Assembly (NCBI GenBank): GCA_030265395.1
Contig: JARFYF010000056.1
Span: forward strand, 5,206,426-5,269,154
Source: Rhina ancylostomus
Taxonomy: Eukaryota
DNA length: 62,729 bases
Direction: 5' to 3'
The stretch's first letter is position 1, and each line of letters begins with the position of its first letter. The notes under the pieces are model-generated. The model saw only the letters and a program-made list of their open reading frames with translations. It ran no database searches and was not told the DNA's origin. The translations under genes and the position numbers were made by a program. Of the stretch, positions 11,761 to 23,031 are shown piece after piece.

Positions 11761-11989
11761 AAAATGAATCAAATTAATAAGTAAAGACATTTCAGTGGTT
11801 GGCTCCGGTTGGATGTAAAGATGCACAAGCTCAGGAATTTTGGAAATGTTTCACTCAAACCCAAAGGTGAGCAATGTCAATGCCATCTAGGAGACCATTC
11901 CTGGAGATATATTCATGAACGTGTTCCATTTTTCTCCACTTATTATTTGAATGAGTTTGGTGAACGATCTCAGCCATCATTATACATAT

Positions 11990-12650
11990 TGCTTATTAAC
12001 AAAGCAGGGGGTATACAGGCTTTATACAAATCCTGGTCCACAGACAAGTGTTATTTAAATGTGATGAAGCTTTCTTCATGTGTCCCTTCAGGCACTGAGT
12101 TCCAGACATCCACCACCCTCTGGGTGGGAAATTATTTCCTCACCTCCCCTCCAATAATTTTAAATCTATTTCCCCCCACCCCTGGTTTTTGACCTCCCCC
12201 CCCCCCACCCAAGGCAATAGGAGTTTCCCATTTGCTTTATCNNNNNNNNNNNNNNNNNNNNNNNNNNNNNNNNNNNNNNNNNNNNNNNNNNNNNNNNNNN
12301 NNNNNNNNNNNNNNNNNNNNNNNNNNNNNNNNNNNNNNNNNATAGGAGTTTCCCATTTGCTTTATCTAACCCCTGCATAATTTTAGACATCTTAATTAAA
12401 TCTTCAGCCTCTCCTGTTCCAAAGAAAAAAATTCTCACTGATCTAAGTGCTTCCTCATAGTTTTAATTTTCCAGCACTGGGAACACTCTGCACTCTCTCC
12501 AGTGCAATCACATCTTTCCTGTGAGCCTGTGACCAGAACTCTCCCCAGTACCCAGCCTATGGCGTAACAAGTGTTGTCTACACTTCCAGTGTTAGCTCCC
12601 TGATCTTATGTTCAGTGTCTCTGCTCATAAAGGAAAGCAGCTTGTTCCTT
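11990..12650 (-). mobile_element. CR1-type LINE fragment spanning a gap
   Basis: Minus-strand DLIKMSKIMQGLDK resembles the CR1 motif GDLIEVYKIMRGID. Confidence 0.6.
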
Positions 12651-12921
12651 AAATGTTATTAGTATTCCTGTTCTCAGGTAAACACCACCCTTAAAATACA
12701 ATGCATGTCCGCAATTGCTTGTTATTTCACATATATACAGAGCTTTTTTTTGCTGGTACCGGCAAGAACTCTGGACAATCAATAGAGTGGGTTCGCTATC
12801 AAAGTACTTGAAATTGTTAGTTTGTGTTGGTCAAATACTGAGTCTTAAATAGAGTTTCTCATCAGATACATGACAGAATTCATGTCTAGTTGTGATTCAG
12901 AAGCATCTACCCATATTGGAG

Positions 12922-13338
12922 ATAGAATCATCGAGTTATACAGCACAGAAACAGGCCCTTTGGCCTGACTCATCCATACCAACCAAGATGACCATTTGAG
13001 CTAGTCCCATTTGCCTGCATTTGGCCCATAATCCCTCTCAATCTTTTCTATCCATCTACCCATCTCAATGTCTTTTAAACATTATAATCGTACCCACCTC
13101 TACCACTTCCTCTGACAGCTCGTTCCATATACCGTCTGCCCTCTGTGTGAAAAAGTTCCCCTCTAGTCCCTTTTTAAATCGTTCCCCTCTCACCTTAAAC
13201 CCATGTCTTCTAGCTTTAGACTCCCCTACCTGGGAAAAGACTGTGATCATCCACCTTGTCTATGCCCCCCTCATGATTTTATATACCAATATAAGGTCAC
13301 CCCTCAGCCTCCTACGCTCCAAGGAAACAAGTCCCAGA
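12922..13338 (-). mobile_element. CR1 LINE 3' end
   Basis: ORF 13065-13250 (RRHGFKVRGERFK...NFFTQRADGIWNELSEEVVEVGTI) plus RRLRGDLI; 3' tail (GATTCT)-like. Confidence 0.9.
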
Positions 13339-13619
13339 TAACTATTTCATTGGCAGTGAATTTACAGTTTCAATACAAAATCTATAGTTTACATAATCTG
13401 GTTTATTTCAAATCCTTTGGCTTCATTATAAGAACTCAAATTATATAACTGAATTTATGCATCTCATTTTTCATACAAATTTGTAAAATGGGATCATCAT
13501 TCTAAAGGATTGCGGGTGATCAACTTTAAATGTTATTGAAATCTCACCCACGTCAGATTGTGGGTGTGCTGTGGAACGGCACTTTCCCTCAGTGACAGCA
13601 GATTGTATATTACCTGAAT

Positions 13620-13858
13620 CCAAAAGCAAAATACTGCAGATGCGGGAAATCTGAAAGAACTACCAGATGTATTTTCCACCTGGGGTGACTGGGGAGAGGC
13701 TGGATTATAACATGGTTGATGTTAAAAGCAGAAAATGCTGGTCAGAATGTCAGGTAGCATCCGTGGAGTGAGAAACAGTTAACGAAAACACTGTTGCTCT
13801 CTCCACAAATGCTGCAGGACCTGCTGAATATTTCCAACATCTTCAGTTTATTTTTTGC
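13620..13858. mobile_element. Old Penelope-like inverted fragments
   Basis: GCATCCGTGGAGTGAGAAACAG followed by its inverse CTGTTGCTCTCTCCACAAATGC. Confidence 0.6.
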
Positions 13859-14097
13859 ACATTATTGGCCCTNNNNNNNNNNNNNNNNNNNNNNNNNNNN
13901 NNNNNNNNNNNNNNNNNNNNNNNNNNNNNNNNNNNNNNNNNNNNNNNNNNNNNNNNNNNNNNNNNNNNNNNNNNNNNNNNNNNNNNNNNNNNNNNNNNNN
14001 NNNNNNNNNNNNNNNNNNNNNNNNNNNNNNNNNNNNNNNNNNNNNNNNNNNNNNNNNNNNNNNNNNNNNNNNNNNNNNNNNNNNNNNNNNNNNNNNN

Positions 14098-14400
14098 GCT
14101 GGAGGAACTCAGTGGGTCGAGCAGCATCTGTGGGAGGAAAGGAGGAAAGTTTTGGGTTAAAGCCCTGCATCAGGACCCATGTCATGGTTGTATATACTTC
14201 TATAAGGTCACCTCTCAGCCTTCTTCGCTCCAAGGAAAAAAATCCCAGATAACCACAGTTCCATTTGTATTGATATTTTAGCTTGTTTACTTACGGGACT
14301 CAGTGACTCCTGATGCAGGGTTTCAACACGAAACGTCGACAGTTCCTTTCCTCCCACAGATGCTGCTCGACCCGCTGAGTTCCTTCTGCAGATTGTTGCT
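14098..14400. mobile_element. Penelope-like inverted pair enclosing a spacer of about 130 bp
   Basis: Minus arm 14098-14176 and plus arm about 14308-14400, the latter with CTGATGC-AGGGTTTCAACAC-GAAACGTC-GAC. Confidence 0.85.
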
Positions 14401-15277
14401 GTTAAAGAGCTGATACAGATCATTGTTACAGGACAAAGGTCTGAGAGTGCAAACTCCACTAACTAGAGTGCTTGGAACACTTTAAGCTTCCAGCTGGGCT
14501 CTCCTTTTGACTCCTCCTATTTCCAAAGCAACATAATTACTGCTAATTTAGTGCTAAAGCTCTCAGAATAGTGACACATCGAAGAACTCTGGCCTTCTCT
14601 TGTGTGGAGATTTGAATTGATAAGAATGTAGCCCAAACAAACATTTTAAGAAGTTAATGGAAACTGTGAGTTATTGCTTTTTCCCAGAAACCTTTTTAAC
14701 TTTTGTTTATATTCCTACTGTTTATCCCAGTACTAGAGACTAGATTCTGGGTTTTGCAAATGGCAGGATTTTCAATGATTCCATGGCCCAGGACTACAGC
14801 CATTTGCTTAGGAAGCCTCATTCTTGTTTACCTTAGCAAATTTACTACTAAATAAACAGGCTATTCCTGCTTCCGTTAATCCTTCAGTACCTGAGGGAAC
14901 GTGGCAAGTGGCTCCGAGTTTCTTTGTAAACAATCAGAAAATGACAAATTAAACAAAATGAAAATGAATTTGAGCGGAGGCCAATGTTAATTTGCTCTTG
15001 TATAAATTACAAGTGAAGGTGATTACAGAAGGGTTGCGAGCACACCTGGATTGCCACTGCACCGTGTGTTCTCTGCCTCTGAAAAACATTTCACTGACTT
15101 CAGGGCGATGAATTTCAAAGGCAAGAGTACAATGCCTACAAAATAGCACATTTACTGTCAGGCACTGGGAGGCATTTCCAGGTACGTGAAGACATTTGGC
15201 TCATCAATGGGAAGGGACTCTACCATGTTTACCTGATGTGGCCTAAATGTGACGCCAAACATGGTTAACACTTAGCA

Positions 15278-15435
15278 CAAAACAAACTGCTGGTGGGACT
15301 CAGCGTGGAACTCAACTCGACCCTGGATCAGGATTGGCCTGAAACACTGGACCATCCCTCTGCCTCCACAGACGCTGCCCGACCCACTGAGTTCCTCCAG
15401 CAGTTTAGTTTTTTTTGCTCCAGATACCAGCTGCT
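15278..15435. mobile_element. Penelope-like collapsed inverted element
   Basis: AAACTGCTGGTGGGACTCAG ... CTGAGTTCCTCCAGCAGTTT in inverted orientation. Confidence 0.7.
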
Positions 15436-15591
15436 TGACACTTCACTTCCCCCTGTCTTGGCCTTTATCAGGAATGGAGTGCCTTTGGACCTCTCGAGGA
15501 TGTGAGAGGCATCACGCATATGCAAGCTCCTTCTTAGCAATGCTGGGGATGATTATTTTGTTGCCATGTTGATTTAAACTTGCTGTAGTAA

Positions 15592-15927
<336 letters not shown>

Positions 15928-16184
15928 TAATGTCAGGTGTACAGCCACAGAATAAGAGAATCCAAAACCGGTCTGTGCGGTTGGATGTNNNNNNNNNNNN
16001 NNNNNNNNNNNNNNNNNNNNNNNNNNNNNNNNNNNNNNNNNNNNNNNNNNNNNNNNNNNNNNNNNNNNNNNNNNNNNNNNNNNNNNNNTATTCATGTTAA
16101 ATTCCTTTGGCCTTGTAAATGAATCAGTAATTATTATGCGGTTTAGTTCATGTATGAGTTAAGGATGCAGTCATGTTAACGAAC

Positions 16185-16655
16185 AAATAATCCAGGGACA
16201 TGTTCTAACTCTGGGAACATGAGTTCAAATCTCACCATGAAATGGGGGCGAATGGAGTTTAAAAAGTGAATATCAATGCTGGTAACCATCAAACTTCCAT
16301 AAACTGGTACCTCAGTTAGCCCTGTGGATGTGTTCCTAGAAAGGAGAGTGCCAATGGAATCGGCATTAAAAGGGGTCATTATGGCACTGAATGTGGAGCT
16401 GCCTTGTTGACAGTGCTGTTGTGCTGGGAACCTGGCACAGACCCTTGCCCTGTCTGCACAGACCCTTGCCCAATCTGTTACACCAGGCACCCAGGTGACA
16501 GGAACTGGGCACAAATCTCAGCACTGAGCTGCAACACTCACCTCAATGAAAAGAACTTAATTTGCCAATGTTCTTCAAGGAAAAGCTTATTGTCCTCACC
16601 CGTCTGGACTTTGAGATTCCAGGTACACATCAATGTGATTGACTCTGAAATGGCA
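16185..16655 (+). mobile_element. Old tRNA-derived SINE relic, interrupted
   Basis: TAATCCAG...CTCTGGGAACATGAGTTCAAATCTCACCA (B-box-like); similarity resumes near 16590. Resemblance to a chondrichthyan SINE is from memory. Confidence 0.45.
16436..16477 (+). repeat. 21-bp tandem duplication
   Basis: GCACAGACCCTTGCCC occurs twice with a 21-nt period. Confidence 0.85.
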
Positions 16656-17410
16656 AAGCAGGCTACTGATTATTTCAAAACCATCAAAAAGATGGCTCAC
16701 TACCACCTACGACATAACAAATTGGGACAAGTACTGCCTGGTAGTGACATTCACAACATGTGAATTAATAAAGAAGACTATAAACCTGTCATATAAGAAC
16801 ATTGCTAACTATCTGCTTTGAGTGACCATATATTCTTTGGCCAAAGGTTTTATGGCATTTGCCATTACAATTCACAGCTCTATAAATCCTGTTCTTATTG
16901 AAACTGTACTAAAATACGTATATGAAATAAACACTGGCATTTCATTGTAAATTCCTAGTATTGTTTCTGCCATCTCTGAATGTTAACAGTTTGAAAGCAT
17001 CTATTACACTCCAAATATAAGACACCACAGTAGAACAAACAGAAGTTGTAGACTGTGGGGAACTTTGCAAATTATCTTGGGGTTGAACATTTGCAGGTCC
17101 CCTGTAATCTACAGCACTTCCTCAACTACAGCAGTTAAACTCTAATTGGTTCCAGCCCCCTGTGTATTTACAATCGATAGTCCTTGGGGATTTCAAGGCT
17201 TTGGTATTGACACAGTGGGTTGGGTTCAGGGAAGAGGGTGGGACAGAAAGCTGCAATTGTTATTTAACTGGATCCCCACCCAAAAGTCAGCCAAAGCCTG
17301 GCTTCCAATCAGCCAGTGTACACTCAGGAGCAGATTTCTCCAAAGCTATTACTGACTTCCTTGAACTGCCCACTCCCTGGGCATGTGAAATATCACCAGC
17401 CAAGATCAAA

Positions 17411-17555
17411 CTGTAGTGGTGATTAATCATATTTATATCTTTATTTCATAACTGCATAGAAGGGGCCATTTGGCCCATTCTGTAGTGGTGATTAATCATA
17501 TTTATATCTTTATTTTATATTTCATAACTGCATAGAAGGGGCCATTTGGCCCATT
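17411..17555 (+). repeat. Tandem duplication, 69 + 76 bp
   Basis: CTGTAGTGGTGATTAATC...GGCCATTTGGCCCATT occurs twice; the second copy has a 7-nt AT-rich insertion. Confidence 0.92.
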
Positions 17556-17765
17556 AAGTCAATGACTTCTCTCAGAGCACTCCCATCAGTCCCATCCCCT
17601 GCTTGTTCCCCTGTAACCCAATCTCTCTCACGTACCCAGGAACTTCCCCCCCCCCCCGCCCCACCTGCACTAGGGGCATTAGTAGCACCTAATTAATCTG
17701 CCAGCCAGCACATCTTTGGGATGTGGGGGAATAACCGTGGCAACTGTAGGAAACCCATGTGTCTC
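17530..17765 (-). mobile_element. HE1-like V-SINE with CR1-type tail
   Basis: GGCCATTTGGCCCATT...CACCTGCACTAGGGGCA...CTAATTAATC...CTTTGGGATGTGGGGG...GGAAACCCA. Confidence 0.7.
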
Positions 17766-18385
17766 TCTGTGGCCCCAGCTTTAGTCTCTTAATAATATTT
17801 AAATCTGCACATCCATCACCAGGCAGTGGATTAGTAGTCTGCCCAGGTCCTGTCTCCTTTAAATTCAGGGTGACTTGGAGGCAGGTTTGAGAGTTTTAAA
17901 TATTTTTACTTCTCGCCCAACTCCAATTGTGCAACTTTGGGAAGTAAAATTATCTTCAGGTTGCGTTAATATTGGAATAACCCAGTCCATGGTGTAACAC
18001 TCCTCCAGGCAGTTGGCATCAAAGGTCCAGAGGGTTGTTCTTCAGTTGAGTTGAGTGGGGGTTTGCCTCACAGACTTGTGTCTGGGAGATTAATCTAGTA
18101 TTGGTCCCCATGTTTTATCATGTTGCAGCAGTTTCTTTTCGAAGTCAGGGTCAGACTGTGAGACCTTGTGCAGTAGGATAGCCCGCTGATACCACTGTCC
18201 ATCCTGCCCTTGACCAGAGTTAACTTTTTGGGGGTGAGGGGAGGCAAAGTGAGGGAAATGTTGGTAAAGAAATCAAATTATGGATTTTAACTTCTTTGAG
18301 TCCTTAAAGTGATTGAGAAACTTTAAAATGGTAATCCTTTGTCTGGTTCACATGTTTAATTTAACTCTTTATGCTCTTGCTCTAG

Positions 18386-18499
<114 letters not shown>

Positions 18500-18926
18500 T
18501 AGACCAAGTTCACTATTGAATTAGTCACTTGGAAATCCCAGTAGCACAAACACTGGGAGCAGTGTGACAGGGCTTAACTGCTTCATTATATTTCCCATGC
18601 TACATGGAACTTAGAAAGGTAGTTTAATGGGAGAATAAAGCCTCTTTAGCATAAACAGAATTCCAACTAAAAAAATTTCAGATTTAAATTGTCCTAAATT
18701 ATATTACTTAGTCTATGACTAATGTAAAGATTGCAAGATTTGAATTCCTATTATAACAGATCTTAAGCTAGCTGGAATGAAAGTTAACACTGGTCAAGAA
18801 AAAGGCAGATACACACACATCAAAAATGTATAGTGGAAGTGGATAATGTTTTAAGTGACAGTCAATTAAATTATAAAATTAATTTCTATCGAATCATGGT
18901 GGTCATACTGTGAAATTCAAAAGGTA

Positions 18927-19157
18927 TAGGTAGTTCTGCTGGAACACAATAGTTATGTTCCAAGGAAACCTCATGTTACAGACAGGTGCGATACAGCAGA
19001 ACAGGCTGTGGTTGCCTTCAAAGCCCAGATTTGAACAGTGTTTTCCAGATCGTGCTATAACCAATGTGGCTCTCATAGTGCAAATAGTGTTCCCTGATCC
19101 ATCAGTCGTGTTATAACCAATTTGCGTTACGGAAACACGTTAGAGCAGAGCTACCTG
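18927..19157. mobile_element. Non-autonomous DNA transposon (Tigger/pogo-like MITE)
   Basis: Left end TAGGTAGTTCTGCT and right end (reverse complement) CAGGTAGCTCTGCT match at 12 of 14 positions. TA precedes the left end. Internal repeat CGTGYTATAACCAAT occurs twice. Confidence 0.65.
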
Positions 19158-19429
19158 TCCGTGTTTGTCGTTTGAATCTTGAGATTGGACAGTTGCCTTA
19201 AATTGATTTAGTCACTTCTTGTATCTTGGACCAGAAACTTTTTTTTGGTATGAGAGTGCCCCTTTCAATGAAAGATACAAGATTTAGAGGGTGGAATACT
19301 CTAACCAGCCCCTTGGTTGTGCTCTCACATTCAGTATGTTTCCCATCTAACATCCACCTCCACTGGTTCTCTCAGCCTCTCTCTAATGGAAAATATTTCA
19401 GGTATCATTTGAGACTATTCCCCAGTATG

Positions 19430-19680
19430 TGAGGAGCAGGAATCTGCCACTTTGCCCTTCAAGCTGGTCTGCTCCACCATTCAATCATGATCTTGGCTGA
19501 TCTGCCCCAGTCCTCATCTCTTCTGTCCCAGTTGCCTGTAGCCCTCAATCCCCTGATCTTTCAAGAATGTATCTACATCTTTTTAAGTCCCCCTAACGAT
19601 CCAGCTCCACAGCCCTCCAGGATAGAGAATTCCAGAGATTCACCACCCTCTGCAAGAAGTTTTTACACACCTCGAGTGAG
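19430..19680 (-). mobile_element. CR1-type LINE 3' fragment
   Basis: Minus strand NFLQRVVNLWNSL plus CR1-like 3' UTR. Confidence 0.7.
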
Positions 19681-19884
19681 ACAGTAAACATAACGTTCTG
19701 TTGTTTTTCACATCTTTGTTCTTTAAATATGGGTATTATATATATCATATCAAAGCATCTAAAAATGCAGGCAAATAATTTGTAATAAAGAACAAACAAT
19801 ATCGAAGACATTGAGATGCAGAGAATTGACTGCTGTTCTTCCTATGCTTTCTGCTTCTCCTGGCCCTCAATGAAAGCTTGTTTG

Positions 19885-20240
19885 GGCACAAAATTAAACC
19901 CGACCTGACCACAACCAATCCAAGCCCAAGGACTGATCAGTCTCCGTGTATCTGACCCAATCCAGAGGTGGTTGCAGAGAGCCTGTACTTACTCTGCTGC
20001 CCACTCCTTACTGTTGATCAAGGGCAGAGGACAGTAAAACCGAGCAAATAGCCGTGTTCTGGGTAAGCTCCTGAGCCAAGTCGGCACAGGATGACCCAAC
20101 CTGACCCAACCCCAATGCTTTAGCAGAATGTCGACCTGATTCATCCAGAGTTTTAGCAAAACATTCACACAAGCCAATCCCAACAAAACAAATGTCAGGT
20201 TCCATCAGCATCAGGTTCAGGTCAGGTAGTCAGTCTTTAT
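19885..20240. mobile_element. Possible old hAT-like DNA transposon relic
   Basis: Clustered ACCCGA/ACCTGA/ACCCAA motifs on the left and inverted TCAGGT motifs on the right; similar motifs at about 21590-21790. Confidence 0.35.
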
Positions 20241-21010
20241 CCTGAAATATGTCGAGTGAAATGTAACTCCAAGCGTCTCCATTCCCACTGGTTAGGAAGT
20301 TCTGAACCATTCATCAGTCAATTCTCCAGTCAACAAAGCACCTGGCCTTGAGCCTGGCCAGTACTTGATAGTTGCTTCAGCCCCTGACACAACTACCCCA
20401 ATGCCCTTTACCTGTCAGTAGTTCCTTGCTCAGGATTTTGTGTCCAGTTATCAGGAGTGGAACACCTAAAGGGGATTCCAGTGGATGGGTTGTGCTGGAA
20501 GCCCGTTTACTCAGTCCAGAGCAATTTACATCAGAGTTCTTTGCTACCAAAGCCATTAATTATTTGGAAACACAGAAATAAACCAATTATATATTTAAAA
20601 CTAAGTTCGTTGTTTCCAGAAAGGAAGATGAAGAAGCAAGGTATTTTGTATTCATTCTGGCTAGTCTTTCATTTCTGGAGGATGCTGTGGTAGGTATGAG
20701 TAGGGTTTGTACCCAATGGTACTACCCTAATATATTGCTGTACCCAGACACTAAGGTCAATTGAGATTTATTCCCTTCAATAAAGAATGTTTTGCTGCAG
20801 CGCCCTTCAGTCTGATTGCCTGTGTTTGCAGCCTCAGCTGTAAACAAAATATTTACATTTGTACAAACTACAATGGATCATCCTTGAAATACTATAGTGC
20901 CATATGTTACTGAGAAACCATACTGATGAAATTCACTTCAATGTGTGATCATTCTTCTTCAGCAAGCCTCTGACTGGCAATGAAATCTTCTCTTCTGGGG
21001 CACATGCTGA

Positions 21011-21286
<276 letters not shown>

Positions 21287-21911
21287 TAACCTTGAAACAA
21301 TACTTTACAAAGATTCTTTGAAAATACAGTTGTTCCTATATATAGTTAACTCACAAAGCATTACAGAGCTATGCTAAGTGAAATCTTTACTCACAAGAAT
21401 AGTAGTCTGTTGAATTATGTACAAAAGAGTGAGAGTGAAACACCTTGAATTATCCAGCAATTCAAAGAGGAAAAGACCAACTTTGAAGATCATTCTGGGT
21501 AGCTTCTGTAAGCTGCACAATTATGATGATGGTTTAAAAGTTACAAGGCAGTAATTTGGTCAAATGATTTGGATGATGTAGTCAACTACTAGACTAAAGT
21601 TTGAATGACTGAGAATGCCAGAGCCAGTCCCAACCTGGACTTGTAGTTTTCTTCATACTCGCCCGCTGTAAATGTAAAGTACTGAGCCTAGCCCAATCTG
21701 ACACTAAATATATGATCAGAATCAAAATCCACCCAGTCCCGAGCATCTAATCAGAACAAAGACCTGACCCGAATCCGGTCCCAATGGGCAGCTCCAATTA
21801 ACATTTAGCATGGGGGTCAAAGGTAAGATTTGACATTTGAATACTGGTTCCAAACTACTTGTAGTATGGGGAAAGCCAACCATGAGAGAGGTTGGAGGAA
21901 AGGGGGCAGTA

Positions 21912-22200
21912 CAGGGCGGCACGGTAGCATAGTGGGGCGGCACGATATCGTAGTGGTTAGCACGACGCTATTACAGCACCAGCGACCCGGGTTTGATTCC
22001 CGCCGCTGCCCGTAAGGAGTTTGTATGTTCTTCCGTGTCTGCATGGGTTTCCTCCAGGTGCTCCGGTTTCCTCCCACATTCCAAAGACATACGAGTAGGT
22101 TAATTTGGGGTTTAAAATGGGCAGTGTGGACTCGTTGGGCCGGAAGGGCCTGTTACCAAGCTGTAAATAAGATATAAAATTTTAAAATTTAAAAAATTTA
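21912..22200 (+). mobile_element. SINE with tail type B and duplicated 5' end
   Basis: GGGCGGCACG occurs twice; A box GTAGTGGTTAGC and B box GGGTTTGATTCC; tail ...GGGCCTGTTACC...CTGTAAATAA followed by (TTTAAAA)-like repeats. Confidence 0.88.
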
Positions 22201-22279
22201 AATGTAGGAGAAGCCACTGGGCAGGTTGGAGTTGCTGATGTACATTCAGAATATGGGGATCGACTAAGAGAATCGACGA

Positions 22280-22410
22280 CATTGATAGGATAGATTTAGA
22301 GAGATATGGGCCCAATGCAGGCAAATGGGACCAGCTTAGATAGACATCTTGGTTGGCATGAACGAGTTGGGCCAAAGGGCCTGATTCCTTGTGTGTTACC
22401 CTGTGTCTCT
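22280..22410 (+). mobile_element. CR1 LINE 3' tail
   Basis: GATATGGGCCCAATGCAGGCAAATGGGAC...GTTGGGCCAAAGGGCCTG is the reverse complement of the 12950-13050 family. Confidence 0.8.
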
Positions 22411-22766
22411 AAATTCTGGGCTAGTTTAGGAAAAGATAGCAGTGGGAAGAAGTGCAAGGAAATAAGGGGAGTGTAATGGCGTAGGGAAAGTCACCAAGTG
22501 AAAGCAGTAGAGGGCAAGAGAGCCATGACGTGGGAGAGACCCAGGGGAAAAGATCAGAACCAGGTCAAGAATGTGGAGAAGACCTCCAGGTGCAGGAAGC
22601 GGGACAAGAGCCACTCAAACATCAGTGAGCGTCAGCAACCCCAAGCCCTGGATGGGCTGTGGGCACAGAGAAGCACAACAATGAGAAAGAAAACCGGCTC
22701 ACTTGAAAGGCTCAGAGTACTGAGACGTCTTCAGATTTTAACTGAATCTACGACATTTATTTTCAG

Positions 22767-23031
22767 GACACAGCTGGAACAAAGGGTGTAAAGTATTTAA
22801 ATAAAGTAGAGAACAAGAAAAAGCCACCAGCCCGCAAACCTCCTCCCAAAGTACCGAAGGACAAAGGGATTAAACCAAAGAAGGCCACTACAAAAACAAA
22901 ACCAGCAGCCTTACCCAAAATACCTCAGCCCACCACCAAGGCCAAGCCTGGTGTCCAGCAGCCAGGTATTGTAAAAAGTGTTACCTACTACAAAGCTGGA
23001 AGACGCGAAGACACAGGAAATAGTGGCAAGA
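22767..23031 (+). CDS. OLFML2A: OLFML2A coding exon 5 (Lys/Pro-rich linker)
   Basis: Acceptor ttattttcag|GAC and donor AAGA|GTAAGT; 265 nt, ends phase 1. Open frame DTAGTKGVKYLNK...VKSVTYYKAGRREDTGNSGK contains the TYYKA motif of OLFML2 proteins. Confidence 0.9.

Noticed and set aside
12217-12366. ATAGGAGTTTCCCATTTGCTTTATC on both sides of a 100-N gap
   Set aside because: Assembly overlap artefact rather than a target-site duplication; the same applies to 8694-8750.
21912-22005. tRNA-like sequences with A and B boxes
   Set aside because: They are SINE heads continuous with SINE bodies, not tRNA genes.
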